The notes beneath the pieces are model-generated. The model was not told the origin of the DNA, made no database searches, and saw only the letters and a program-made list of their open reading frames with translations. Of a stretch of 64,000 nt of DNA, positions 10,394-20,393 are shown one piece after another. The stretch is taken from contig CAWCKW010000001.1 of assembly GCA_963796285.1 (NCBI GenBank), positions 72,748 to 136,747 of the forward strand, written 5' to 3'. Both the position numbers and the translations under genes were made by a program. Source of the DNA: Nitrospirota bacterium (lineage in GTDB: Bacteria > Nitrospirota > UBA9217). Position 1 is the stretch's first letter; each line of letters starts with the position of its first letter.

Positions 10394-10909
10394 TCAGGGC
10401 ATCAGGCTTTTCGTGTCCACAGGCATATCTTCATTCTCCGCCTCACCTTTGTCCTTCCCCTTGATGGCCAACCCTGCGACCCGGTAGAAGTTATAATCAG
10501 GATACTTACCCGGTCCGCTGATGAGCAGGTCTTCCTTTTCATACACAAGGTTCTGCCGCACGTACTCACCCATCTCGAAATCCGTCGTGAGCTGGATCGC
10601 GTAGGTCGGGCATGCCTCCTCGCAGTATCCGCAGAAGATACAGCGCGAGAAATTGATCCTGAAGAATTCGGGGTACCGTCTTCCGTACGCATCCTCGGTG
10701 GCCTGAAGCGCGATACAGCCTACCGGGCATGCGACCGCGCAGAGGTTGCATGCCACGCATCGTTCCTCACCATCGGGGTCGCGGGAGAGGATGATCCGTC
10801 CGCGCCACCGGGGAGGGATGGTGGGCCTCTCCTCGGGGTATTGGATCGTCGCCCGCTTCCGGAACATGGTCATGAAGACCGTGTAGATCGATTTAAGAAT
10901 ACTGAACAT
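10394..10909 (-). CDS. nuoI: NADH-quinone oxidoreductase subunit I
   Basis: Two 4Fe-4S motifs, [12 protein letters not shown] and [12 protein letters not shown]; TIQYPEE. Confidence 0.97.
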   Translation of the reverse strand: MFSILKSIYTVFMTMFRKRATIQYPEERPTIPPRWRGRIILSRDPDGEERCVACNLCAVACPVGCIALQATEDAYGRRYPEFFRINFSRCIFCGYCEEACPTYAIQLTTDFEMGEYVRQNLVYEKEDLLISGPGKYPDYNFYRVAGLAIKGKDKGEAENEDMPVDTKSLMP

Positions 10910-10917
10910 AAATCCTT

Positions 10918-11375
10918 TTTGACAGGAGAACAGGATAAAATCTGATAATGCTACTTCAATCGCCTGAGCTTGCGCTTGATTTCGACTTTATCTTCACCAA
11001 AGTTAATGAGAAGTCCGATAGGTTTCCCTGTCGCAACGAGATAATTCACTAATTGAACTTCGTGTACCTTGACAAGCTGCTTTATGGCCTTCAGTTCGAG
11101 AATAACCGTATCGTTTACAATAAGGTCTGCAATAAAATCGCCGACGAGTTCGCCGTCATAATATACTTGTATGGTTTTTGAGTCTCGACCTTTAACGCTG
11201 CTTTTCGTAATTCAATAACCAAGCATTTCTCATAAACGCTTTCAAGAAATCCTGCACCCATTTTATTATAAACGCGATATGCACAGGCAATGATTTTTTC
11301 AGTCAGTTCTTTGTATTCCAATTGGCCTCCGACAGATTCTCGCTCTTATCCTGTCAATCCTGTTATCCTGTCAAA
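10918..11375. mobile_element. GxxExxY cassette bounded by 9-nt-period inverted repeats
   Basis: TTTGACAGGAGAACAGGATAA (10918-10938) versus TTATCCTGTCAATCCTGTTATCCTGTCAAA (11346-11375). Confidence 0.65.
10951..11321 (-). CDS. GxxExxY protein (PD-(D/E)XK nuclease superfamily), frameshift near 11172
   Basis: N-half [10 protein letters not shown]; C-half translated by hand as [29 protein letters not shown]...QLVNYL..GLLINFG...KRKLRRLK*. Confidence 0.9.
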
Positions 11376-11379
11376 GAAC

Positions 11380-12336
11380 TTAACCAGTTTTAATTAGAAT
11401 AATCCATCCCGTCACCACGAGATTCACCAGCGACAGCGGCAGCATCACCTTCCACCCGAAGGACATCAATTGATCATACCTCGGCCGGGGGAGCGATGCC
11501 CGGAGCAGGATGAAGAAACAGATGAACACGAATGTCTTTAAGGAAAACCAGATCACGGGCGGCAGCAGCGGTCCCAGCCATCCGCCAAAGAACAGCGTTA
11601 CCGTGAGCGCCGAGATGAGCGTGATCGCCAGATACTCGCCGATAAAGAACATGCCGAACTTCATTCCCGAATATTCGGAATGGAACCCGGCGACAAGCTC
11701 GCTCTCGGCCTCGGGAAGGTCAAAGGGCAGGCGGTGCGTCTCCGCAATACCGGCGATGAAGAAAACGACGAACCCGATGAACTGCGGTAGGATGAACCAT
11801 CCGCCTTGCTGCGCCTCAACGATCTCGCGCAGGTTGAAGGACCCCGCGAGCATTACCACGCCCATGAGCGACAGGCCCATGAAGACCTCGTAGCTCAGCA
11901 TCTGCGCGACCGAGCGCAGGCCGCCGAGGAGCGAATACTTGCTGTTCGATGCCCAGCCCGCCAGGGCCACGCTGTAAACGCCCATGGACGACATGGCGAG
12001 GAAGAACAGCAGCCCGATGTTCAGGTCAACGACCTCGATGCCCGGCGCAAAGGGGATGACGGTAAAGGACATGAGCACGACTACCATGATCACCGCCGGT
12101 GCGATAATGAACACGGCCTTGTCCGCAAAAGGCGGGACCCAGTCTTCCTTCGCGAATATCTTGATCGAGTCCGCCAGCACCTGCAAGAGGCCGAACGGCC
12201 CCACCCGGTTCGGGCCATACCGGTCCTGCCACAGCGCCAGGAGCCTGCGCTCGAGCCAGATCAGCATACTGCCGATGGTAAGCACCACGAAGAGGATGCT
12301 GAAGAGAATGATGAGATGTAATATCGTTTCAGTCAT
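11380..12336 (-). CDS. nuoH: NADH-quinone oxidoreductase subunit H
   Basis: [44 protein letters not shown]. Confidence 0.97.
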   Translation of the reverse strand: MTETILHLIILFSILFVVLTIGSMLIWLERRLLALWQDRYGPNRVGPFGLLQVLADSIKIFAKEDWVPPFADKAVFIIAPAVIMVVVLMSFTVIPFAPGIEVVDLNIGLLFFLAMSSMGVYSVALAGWASNSKYSLLGGLRSVAQMLSYEVFMGLSLMGVVMLAGSFNLREIVEAQQGGWFILPQFIGFVVFFIAGIAETHRLPFDLPEAESELVAGFHSEYSGMKFGMFFIGEYLAITLISALTVTLFFGGWLGPLLPPVIWFSLKTFVFICFFILLRASLPRPRYDQLMSFGWKVMLPLSLVNLVVTGWIILIKTG

Positions 12337-12348
12337 GGCTTATCTGAT

Positions 12349-14862
12349 CTATTCTGAGTGGATCAATTTTGCACGTTCAACGATAGCCGGTGATTGTGCG
12401 CTCAATTCTTCTGATCCGAAGATGTTATAAACAGGTATCTCCGCCTGTTTACCCTTCGTATGATTTAGAGCTTCCGTCGTGAGATTGAAATACACAGGCT
12501 GAACTGTTGTTCCCGCCCCAATCAGGCTTTCCCCTATATCACCGCCTTTGAGGGGCCCGCCCACGTCCTGCTGGAACTTGTTCAAGGCCTGGACGGAATT
12601 CCAGCCCGGCGACCAGTAGCGGGTGATCAGCGACGGGGGAGGCTGGTCCTGATATCCCTCCATGGAAAAAGCAAGGGGAGAATCAGCGTCATTCGGCGGC
12701 TTTGGTTCATGCAAGCGGATGTTGGCGATCATGGCTGTGCGCCCGCTGTAGCGGTGCGGCTGGCGAGGGATCTTCTGCCCTTGTATCCTCCAATCAGCGG
12801 ATGGCGCACTACTCACGGCAGGTCCGAATACCGGCATTGCAGCTGACATATCTTTCGCGATGTCATCGAAAGATTGCCATGTTGTCGATTTTCCGATCGT
12901 GGCCAGTATATCACGGATCCACTTCCAGCTTTCCTGAATGTCATGGTTCGGTTTGAATACCTGATAGAACCGCTGTGCCCGGCCTTCATTGTTCATCAAA
13001 GTTCCCTGGGCTTCCGCAAAAGTAGCAGCGGGCAGGGCGACATCCGCTTTTGATGATGTCGGATTGACCAGGGAGTCAAGCACGATGATGTTCTTTGCAT
13101 GATCCAATACTTCATCGACGATCTTTGCATCAGCCCTGCGAAAAAGGTCATTTTCAAGGATGATCATCGTATCGGCCTGACCGTCCCGGATGGATTTGAA
13201 TGCCTCATCCAGGTTCTTACCCTTCATGAGAGCGAGTCCCATGGTATTACATTCCAGGACCGTGTAACAGAGGCCGGCCTGCTTCCCAATCGAGCAAAGG
13301 GCCCATGCAATATTGGCGGCTGCCTCAATGATCGCCTGGCTCATGCATCCGGTGCCGCTCACGATAACTGGACGCTTTGCATTCTTGAGCGCCGCTGCTA
13401 TTTCCTTTGCTAGCGCTCTGACATCGGGTGATTGGTCTGGAACCGCGGGAACATGCTGATCCAATTCATTTGCCACCGCAATACCGAGCCCTGCGATGTC
13501 GGCGGCCGAAGCCTGGTAGGTTTTTGTTGCAACATCATCCAACTTCGACTTTGAACCGGACGCTATGTAGATCGGTGTTTCTGAATTCTGTCCCGCGTTC
13601 CTGACCGCATTATCGTCCCAGCCGGGTATCTTCATAGCTGCCGCTGTCTCGCGTTGCTTGTTCTGAGCTGACTGACGGATCGAGAGCGCGAGCATCGGGG
13701 CTGTGTTGGTCACATCTTCACCGAGAACAAAAACCGCATCCGCAGACTCGATCTCATGCAGGGAAGGCGTGCGCGCAGGACCTTTTTGAAGAATGTCTAC
13801 GATAGACCCCATGAGCGTGTGTTCCTGGCCGGACAGGCCTGAGCAGAAGTTGTCAGGACCGACAAGGGTGCGAAGGGCAAAGTTCGATTCAAGCGACGCA
13901 CGGGGCGATCCGATGCCGATCATGACTTTGTTTTGGGACAGCATCTTCTTGATCCTGCTGATCGCTGCGGTCTTGTCCGCAGGTGCCTGGCCTTCCTGTG
14001 CAGTTGCTTTAAGCAGCGCTTTTCTGATTCTGCGCCCGCTGTTCACGAATTCATATCCAAACCTGCCGCGGTCGCAGAGGAAATAACCGTTGATCTCATA
14101 ATTGTAGCGGTTCAATATTCTGCGGAGGGTGCCGTACCGTTCACCGGGAATCGTGTTGCAGCCGATGCCGCAATGAACGCAGATCGACGGCGCGGTCTGA
14201 AGGTCCCATTTTCGAGTAAAGTGCTGTTTGAGCGTTTTATCCGTAAAAACCCCGGTGGGGCAGACTTCGACCAGGTTCCCGCTGAACACGTTTTCGAGCG
14301 CGCCCTCTTCATGCCTGCCGAAATAGACGTTATCATGGGACGCGAATACAGAAAAGTCGCGGCCACCCGCATAATTACGATAGAACCTGACACAGCGATA
14401 GCATTGGATGCACCGGTTCATTTCATGATTGATGAAAGGGCCGAGGTCCTGGTTCCGTTGAGTGCGTTTTTTGAACCGCGTCCGCCGGTAAGTATGGCCG
14501 GTCATGACCGTCATGTCCTGAAGGTGACATTCGCCGCCCTCGTCGCAGACCGGACAATCATGGGGATGGTTCAACATGAGCCATTCGATCACGCTCGACC
14601 TGAAGGCCCGAGCATCGGCATCGTCAATAGATAATCGCATTCCCTCGGCAACCGGTGTCATGCAGGACATGGTGATCCTGCCGCGCGTATCCTTGTCATC
14701 CTTGAACAGTTTGACAGCGCATTGACGGCATGCGCCCACAGAGTGCAGGGCAGGGTGCCAGCAGAAGTAGGGGAGATCGAACCCCAGCGAGAGGCAGGCC
14801 TGGAGGAGGTTCTGGCCTTCTTTGACTTGATGGGGTTTATTGTCTATATAGATCGTAAACAT
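12349..14862 (-). CDS. nuoG: NADH-quinone oxidoreductase subunit G
   Basis: PYFCWH..GACRQC, HPHDCPVCDEGGEC, RCIQCYRC, CVHCGIGC motifs. Confidence 0.97.
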   Translation of the reverse strand: MFTIYIDNKPHQVKEGQNLLQACLSLGFDLPYFCWHPALHSVGACRQCAVKLFKDDKDTRGRITMSCMTPVAEGMRLSIDDADARAFRSSVIEWLMLNHPHDCPVCDEGGECHLQDMTVMTGHTYRRTRFKKRTQRNQDLGPFINHEMNRCIQCYRCVRFYRNYAGGRDFSVFASHDNVYFGRHEEGALENVFSGNLVEVCPTGVFTDKTLKQHFTRKWDLQTAPSICVHCGIGCNTIPGERYGTLRRILNRYNYEINGYFLCDRGRFGYEFVNSGRRIRKALLKATAQEGQAPADKTAAISRIKKMLSQNKVMIGIGSPRASLESNFALRTLVGPDNFCSGLSGQEHTLMGSIVDILQKGPARTPSLHEIESADAVFVLGEDVTNTAPMLALSIRQSAQNKQRETAAAMKIPGWDDNAVRNAGQNSETPIYIASGSKSKLDDVATKTYQASAADIAGLGIAVANELDQHVPAVPDQSPDVRALAKEIAAALKNAKRPVIVSGTGCMSQAIIEAAANIAWALCSIGKQAGLCYTVLECNTMGLALMKGKNLDEAFKSIRDGQADTMIILENDLFRRADAKIVDEVLDHAKNIIVLDSLVNPTSSKADVALPAATFAEAQGTLMNNEGRAQRFYQVFKPNHDIQESWKWIRDILATIGKSTTWQSFDDIAKDMSAAMPVFGPAVSSAPSADWRIQGQKIPRQPHRYSGRTAMIANIRLHEPKPPNDADSPLAFSMEGYQDQPPPSLITRYWSPGWNSVQALNKFQQDVGGPLKGGDIGESLIGAGTTVQPVYFNLTTEALNHTKGKQAEIPVYNIFGSEELSAQSPAIVERAKLIHSE

Positions 14863-14884
14863 ATTTTCTCTGATTGCTGATCAT

Positions 14885-16156
14885 CTAGTGCCATGGGCAT
14901 TTCTTATCCTGTATGTGTTTCGCAAAGTCTTCGCGGAAGTACTTGAGCGCGCTTTGGAGCGGCTCAACGGCGCCCGGCGCAAGAGCGCAGTAGGTATTGC
15001 CGGGACCGAGCAGCCTGCATTGCTGCGCCAGCAGATCGATGTCGCCTGGCTCTCCCCCTCCGGTCTCGATCGCATGGAGAATCTTCTCTATCCACGGGAG
15101 GCCTTCGCGGCAGGGCGTGCACCAGCCGCAGGATTCCCGTCTGAAAAAGACTTCAAGGTTGTGGACAAACCCGACAGGGCAGGTCTTGTCGTCGAGCACG
15201 ATCATGGTGCCGGTGCCCATGCGGCTGCCGGCTTTCATGACCGAGTCGAAGTCCATCTTGATATCCAGATGTTCTGCAACCAGAAAGTCGGTTGAAGCAC
15301 CTCCGGGGATCAAGCCGCGGAACTGATAGCCGTCCAGCATGCCGCCCGCGTGCTCCTCAAGCAGCTCCCGGATGGTCATGCCCATGGGCAGTTCCCATGC
15401 CCCGGGCTTCCTTACCCTGCCGCTGACACCGTACAACTTGGTCCCGCCGTCAGGGCTTGAGCTCAAACCCTTGAACCAATCAGGTCCGTTGTTCACGATA
15501 TGAGGTATGTTCGCGATAGTTTCCGCATTGTTCACGATCGTGGGTCTGCCGAAGAGGCCGCAGACCTGGGGGAAGGGCGGCTTCGCTCTCGGCGTGGCAC
15601 GTTTCCCTTCAAGGGCGTTCAAAAGCGCGGTCTCCTCGCCGCAGATATAGCGGCCCGCACTCGCATGGATGCGGAGGTCGAGATTGAAGCCAGAGCCGAG
15701 GATATTCGTGCCGAGATAGTTGTGCTCATAAGCTTCGGCAATGGCCGCTTCAAGCCGATGCGCCGCCAGTTTGTATGCCCAGCGGATGAAGATGAATGCC
15801 TGCTGCGCTTCAATGGCATAGGCGCTGGTGATCACACCCTCGATGATCTGGTGGGGGTCGCCTTCAAGCAACATCCGGTCCTTGAATGTTCCCGGCTCCA
15901 TCTCGTCGGCATTCACGACCAGATATTTAGGGCGCGGCGCGTCTTTTCCCATGGGAACGAAGCTCCACTTTGCGCCCGTAGGAAAACCAGCTCCTCCGCG
16001 GCCGCGCAGGTTCGATGCCTTGACGATGTTCTGGACATCCTGCGGAGACATCGCAAGCGCTTTGCGCACAGACTGGTAGCCGCCGGTTTTCTCGTAGTCT
16101 TTCAGAGAAAGCGGCTCCTGGCCAGCGCGTATGTTTTTTGTGAGTGGTCGTTCCAT
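14885..16156 (-). CDS. nuoF: NADH-quinone oxidoreductase subunit F
   Basis: LRGRGGAGFPTG, NADEMEPGTFKDR, YICGEETAL, ESCGWCTPCREG. Confidence 0.97.
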   Translation of the reverse strand: MERPLTKNIRAGQEPLSLKDYEKTGGYQSVRKALAMSPQDVQNIVKASNLRGRGGAGFPTGAKWSFVPMGKDAPRPKYLVVNADEMEPGTFKDRMLLEGDPHQIIEGVITSAYAIEAQQAFIFIRWAYKLAAHRLEAAIAEAYEHNYLGTNILGSGFNLDLRIHASAGRYICGEETALLNALEGKRATPRAKPPFPQVCGLFGRPTIVNNAETIANIPHIVNNGPDWFKGLSSSPDGGTKLYGVSGRVRKPGAWELPMGMTIRELLEEHAGGMLDGYQFRGLIPGGASTDFLVAEHLDIKMDFDSVMKAGSRMGTGTMIVLDDKTCPVGFVHNLEVFFRRESCGWCTPCREGLPWIEKILHAIETGGGEPGDIDLLAQQCRLLGPGNTYCALAPGAVEPLQSALKYFREDFAKHIQDKKCPWH

Positions 16157-16170
16157 GGTACTTTATTTGA

Positions 16171-16635
16171 CTATGGGTAATTCTCCAGGATCTTTTCCAT
16201 CATCTCCGGGGTCACGGGCCCGTACAAGTCCTCACCAACCATCATGGCCGGGGCGCGGTCGCAGGCGCCGAGGCAGGAGATGGGGAGGAGTGTGAAACGC
16301 TCGTCCTCTGTCGTTTCTCCGAATCGAATGCCGTGGGTCGTCTTCAGAAGTTGCAACAGCGGATTGTAGCCCATGACCCAGCAACTGATGCTGTCACATA
16401 TCAGGATCACGTGCCTGCCCACTGGCTTCCGAAAAATAAAACTGTAAAATGTCGCAACTGCATCCAACTCATCGGGCGTCATCTCGAGCATTCGCGCAAC
16501 TTCCTTGAGGCTCTCATCCGATACCCAGCCTTGGTGGCGCTGTACGATGTTCAGCGCTTCAATTGAAGCTGACTGCTTCGTCACGCAGTGTGCCAGTTCA
16601 ACGTTGATTTTCTGTATTTCGATTTCGCTCAGCAT
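16171..16635 (-). CDS. nuoE: NADH-quinone oxidoreductase subunit E
   Basis: VATFY, CDSISC, CLGACDRAP (2Fe-2S ligands). Confidence 0.96.
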   Translation of the reverse strand: MLSEIEIQKINVELAHCVTKQSASIEALNIVQRHQGWVSDESLKEVARMLEMTPDELDAVATFYSFIFRKPVGRHVILICDSISCWVMGYNPLLQLLKTTHGIRFGETTEDERFTLLPISCLGACDRAPAMMVGEDLYGPVTPEMMEKILENYP

Positions 16636-16641
16636 TTCAAT

Positions 16642-17034
16642 TTACCTCCTCTCCCCGAGGGGAGAGGATAGAGGTGAGGGGGTGTGTTGTCTTTGTTCTA
16701 TTGCTCTCAAAATTGCTTCGTATATTCCTTCTTTGTTTAGCAATATATCCCTATTGTTGAATCTGATAATATGTATGCCCCGCGCTGACAGCGCCTTTTC
16801 TCTCTCTGCGTCATGCGTCGCGCCCTTATTTTCATAATGCTGGCCGCCGTCTGCTTCAATGGCAATTTGCAATTCAGGTGCATAGAAGTCCAGGATGTAT
16901 TTGTCGATAGAAAACTGTCGTCTGAATTTAATACGAGCCAATCGTCGATCGCGTAAGAGCGACCAAAGATTTCTTTCCGCGTCAGTTTGATTTCTGCGAA
17001 GTTCTCTGCTTCTCGGTATATTGGGTCGTTTCAA
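16642..17034 (-). CDS. DUF559 endonuclease-domain protein (second copy)
   Basis: LRRNQTDAERNLW, KFRRQ..YILDF, IEADGGQH, IRFNN. Confidence 0.92.
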   Translation of the reverse strand: MKRPNIPRSRELRRNQTDAERNLWSLLRDRRLARIKFRRQFSIDKYILDFYAPELQIAIEADGGQHYENKGATHDAEREKALSARGIHIIRFNNRDILLNKEGIYEAILRAIEQRQHTPSPLSSPLGERR

Positions 17035-17076
17035 CTTCCCCCCTCACCCCAGCCCTCTCCCCACAGGGAGAGGGAG
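16645..17076. mobile_element. Second DUF559 cassette bounded by ~38-bp inverted repeats
   Basis: CCTCCTCTCCCCGAGGGGAGAGGATAGAGGTGAGGGGG versus CCCCCTCACCCCAGCCCTCTCCCCACAGGGAGAGGGAG. Confidence 0.7.
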
Positions 17077-17084
17077 AATTCTAA

Positions 17085-18834
17085 TCATCTATCCAAATCC
17101 GCCAGAATAAAATCAATGCTCCCGATGATCGCCACAAGGTCGGCGATCATCAGCCCCTTGCTGATCTTCGGCACCATCTGCATATGGGCGAACGAAGGGG
17201 TCCTGATGCGGGTACGGTAGGACATGGTATTGCCGTCGCTGATGAGATAGTATCCGTTGTTCCCCTTGGTCGCCTCGATGCCCATGAACGCCTCGCCGGC
17301 AGGTATCACCGGTCCCCAACTGACGCCGAGGAAGTGGTTGATGAGCGTCTCGATGTCATGCATGGTGCGTTCCTTGCGGGGCGGCGTCGTGAGCGGATGG
17401 TCTGATTTGTATCCGCCTTCAGGCATGTTGTTCACGCACTGTTCGATAATGCGCAGGCTCTGTCGTATTTCCTCGACGCGCACGACCCCGCGGTCGTAGC
17501 AGTCGCCATGGGTTGCCGTGGGGATATCGAACTCGAAGTTCTCATAGCCGGAATACGGCCGCTTCTTTCTAAAGTCCCAATCGAATCCGCAGGCGCGGAG
17601 ACCGGGACCGGTCACTCCCCAGTCGATGGCCTCGTCCTTGGTATAGATGCCGACACCCTTGGTGCGGGCCTTGAATATCCTGTTCCGCATCACGATCGTG
17701 TCGTATTCCTTGAGCCGGGGAGGCAGGTATTTGAGAAAGTCGCGCACGAGCCTGTCCCATCCCTTCGGCAGGTCCATGGCCACGCCGCCGATCCGGAACC
17801 ACGCAGGATGCATGCGTCCGCCGCAGATCGCCTCGACGATATCGAAGATACGCTCGCGGTCCGTGAACATATAGAACACCGGCGACAGCGCGCCCACGTC
17901 CTGGGCAAAGGTGCCGTACCAGACAAGATGGCTCGCGATGCGGAAGAGCTCGGCCATCATCACGCGGATGGTCTTTGCCCGGTCAGGCACCTCGATGCCC
18001 GCGAGCTTTTCGACCGCAAGGCAGTAAGCCATATTGTTCATAACGCCGCCAAGGTAGTCGACGCGGTCGGTGTAGGGGATATAGGTGTGCCAGGACTGGC
18101 GTTCGGCCATCTTTTCAGCGCCGCGGTGGTGATAGCCGATGTCGAGCACGGCGTCGGCGATCTCCTCGCCATCGAGCTGTAGGACGATGCGTAACAGTCC
18201 ATGGGTGCCGGGGTGCTGTGGCCCGAGGTTCAGGAACATGAAGTCCGAGTCTTCAGAAACGCGTTTCAATCCCCAATCTTCGGGTCTGAACTTGAGCGCG
18301 GCCTGCTCTTTTTCTTCTTTTTCATCAGACAGCTCGAACGGGCCCATCTCGGTGGCCCGCGCAGGGTGGTCCTTGCGAAGGGGATGGCCGTTCCAGGTCG
18401 GAGGCATCAGGATCCTTTTCAAGTGCGGGTGGCCGTCGAACGTTATCCCGAAGAGGTCCCAAACCTCGCGCTCGTACCAATTGGCTGACTGCCAGAGGTT
18501 GGTGATCGTGGGGAATGACGGCGGATTATTCCGTGAGCGGCACCTTGATGCGGATGTCCTCATTCCGGTCAAAGGAAAGGAGATGATATACGACCGTGAA
18601 TTCACTCGCCGGCTGGTCCTGGCGATGATTGCGAACGCGCTCATCGATGGCCGTAAGGTCGTAGAGCATCTTATAGGGACGGTCGACACCTGTCTTAAGA
18701 TGTCTCAAAACATCGTTGACCTTGTCGTGTGACACCCAGAGTGTGGGGATCTCATCGCGCGTGGTCTGTTCGGCGAGAATGGAGTCGCCGAAGGTTGTTT
18801 TGAGGTCAGTGATGATGGGGTTGTTTGAGGGCAT
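17085..18834 (-). CDS. nuoC: Fused NADH-quinone oxidoreductase subunit C/D (frameshift near 18526)
   Basis: ORF 18526-18834 ([10 protein letters not shown]) joins [42 protein letters not shown]. Confidence 0.95.
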
Positions 18835-18840
18835 AGGGTG

Positions 18841-19090
18841 AATGCAAATGTCAAATTACAAAGCTCAGAGTTTAAAGGAATGTCAAAACGTCAATGTTTA
18901 ATTTGATTATTTTGAGTCTGTATTTAATATCCTTTTTCGTCATGCCGGACTTGATCCGGCATCCAGCGGTTTTATGAAAAGACTGGATTCCTGCCGCCGC
19001 AGGAATGACGAGCTTGAGAGAAACAGCAATGAAAATGCAAACTATATTTTGTAGTTTGATTTGTACTTTAGATTTTGAAATCTGAGCTTA
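18841..19090. repeat. 7-nt-period inverted-repeat element with a nested REP-like doublet (18938-19010)
   Basis: AATGCAA-ATGTCAA-ATTACAA arm and TTTGATT-TGTACTT-TAGATTT-TGAAAT arm; inside, CGTCATGCCGGACTTGATCCGGCATCCAG...CTGGATTCCTGCCGCCGCAGGAATGACG. Confidence 0.7.
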
Positions 19091-19095
19091 TTCCG

Positions 19096-19710
19096 CTACA
19101 CTTCATCGGGCGATCTCAGGACCGTGGCCTTTTGCCGCTCTTCCCGTTTCAGGTCCCGCATGCACGGTTTCTCCGGCCGCACGATGCCCTGCGGCCCGGC
19201 GATCCAGCTCAAGGGCCTGCGTTCTTTGCCGACCTGCTCACGCAGCATCAGCAGACCTTCCATAAAGGCCTCGGGCCGGGGAGGACAACCGGGCACGTAC
19301 ACGTCAACGGGCATGAACTTGTCCACGCCCTGGACCACGCTGTAGATGTCGTACATGCCGCCGGAGTTGGCGCAGGAACCCATGGAGATGACCCATCGCG
19401 GCGCCATCATCTGTTCATAGAGCCGCTTGATGATCGGCGCCACCTTGATGAACACCGTACCGGCAACGATCATCATGTCCGCCTCTCGCGGCGTTCCGCG
19501 GATCACCTCCGCGCCGAAGCGCGCAATATCGTACTTGCTCGTCAGACTCGTGGCCATTTCAACATAGCAGCAGGAGAGGCCGAAGTTGAACGGCCAGATG
19601 GAGTTCTTCCTCCCCCAGGCGAGCATGTCCTGCATCGTCGTGAGGATCACGCTTTGGCGCATCGCGTCTTCCGCGGAACCGTGGTCAGGTCTGGTTAAAG
19701 AATAGTTCAT
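19096..19710 (-). CDS. nuoB: NADH-quinone oxidoreductase subunit B
   Basis: [30 protein letters not shown]. Confidence 0.97.
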   Translation of the reverse strand: MNYSLTRPDHGSAEDAMRQSVILTTMQDMLAWGRKNSIWPFNFGLSCCYVEMATSLTSKYDIARFGAEVIRGTPREADMMIVAGTVFIKVAPIIKRLYEQMMAPRWVISMGSCANSGGMYDIYSVVQGVDKFMPVDVYVPGCPPRPEAFMEGLLMLREQVGKERRPLSWIAGPQGIVRPEKPCMRDLKREERQKATVLRSPDEV

Positions 19711-19722
19711 GAAGCCTTTCGG

Positions 19723-19840
19723 AAAGTTCAAATGTCAAAATTCAAAGTTTAAATCAATCCTTAACCAAAAAAATTCAAATTTCACGCTTGTTGTTTTTTT
19801 TATTTCGAACGTTGATCTTTGAACTTTGAAATTGATTTTG
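19723..19840. repeat. 7-nt-period inverted-repeat element overlapping the nuoA 3' end
   Basis: AAGTTCA-AATGTCA-AAATTCA-AAGTTTA arm versus TTGATCT-TTGAACT-TTGAAAT-TGATTT arm. Confidence 0.7.
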
Positions 19841-20219
19841 CAAATGTTCCCCACTCCAGTGCGCCGATCCGCCAGAGATAGACGAGCGTGGCAGTCAGGA
19901 CACCGATGAAGACCAGCATCTCCCCATAGCCCAACCATCCATTCTCCCTGATGGACACTGCCCAGGCAAAGATGAACACGGCCTCGAGATCGAAGATGAC
20001 GAAGAACATGGCGATGAGGTAGAATTTGATGTCAAAGCGCACCCGTGCCGTGCCGGTGGACACGATCCCCGACTCATAGGGCTCATCGGTCTGTTTTTCC
20101 CGGTGCCGTTCGCCGAGGAGCGAGGAGAGGACGATGATGATCGATACGAGGACGATGACTGCGAGGAAATACACGCCGAGCGGCCAGAGCGCGGTTGTGT
20201 CTGCTGTTGGTTGCGTCAT
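19800..20219 (-). CDS. nuoA: NADH-quinone oxidoreductase subunit A
   Basis: PYESG, KFYLIAMFFVIFDLEA, GALEW. Confidence 0.96.
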   Translation of the reverse strand: MTQPTADTTALWPLGVYFLAVIVLVSIIIVLSSLLGERHREKQTDEPYESGIVSTGTARVRFDIKFYLIAMFFVIFDLEAVFIFAWAVSIRENGWLGYGEMLVFIGVLTATLVYLWRIGALEWGTFAKSISKFKDQRSK

Positions 20220-20355
20220 GTGCAAAGAATAGCACAGAGGGGGATAAAGTCAAGCAGGAGATGACTGCAAACAGGTGACACTGCTCGACGCTGGAATATA
20301 GGATGCGCATGCGGGGCAAGTCATACGTGGTGCTTCATTTGTTATCAGCGGGGAA

Positions 20356-20383
20356 CAAAAAAAGCGGGGCATCTCTGCCCCGC
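20356..20383 (-). terminator. Rho-independent terminator after the cytochrome gene
   Basis: GCGGGGC-AGAGAT-GCCCCGC followed by a T run on the minus strand. Confidence 0.75.
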
Positions 20384-20393
20384 CACAGTGTTT

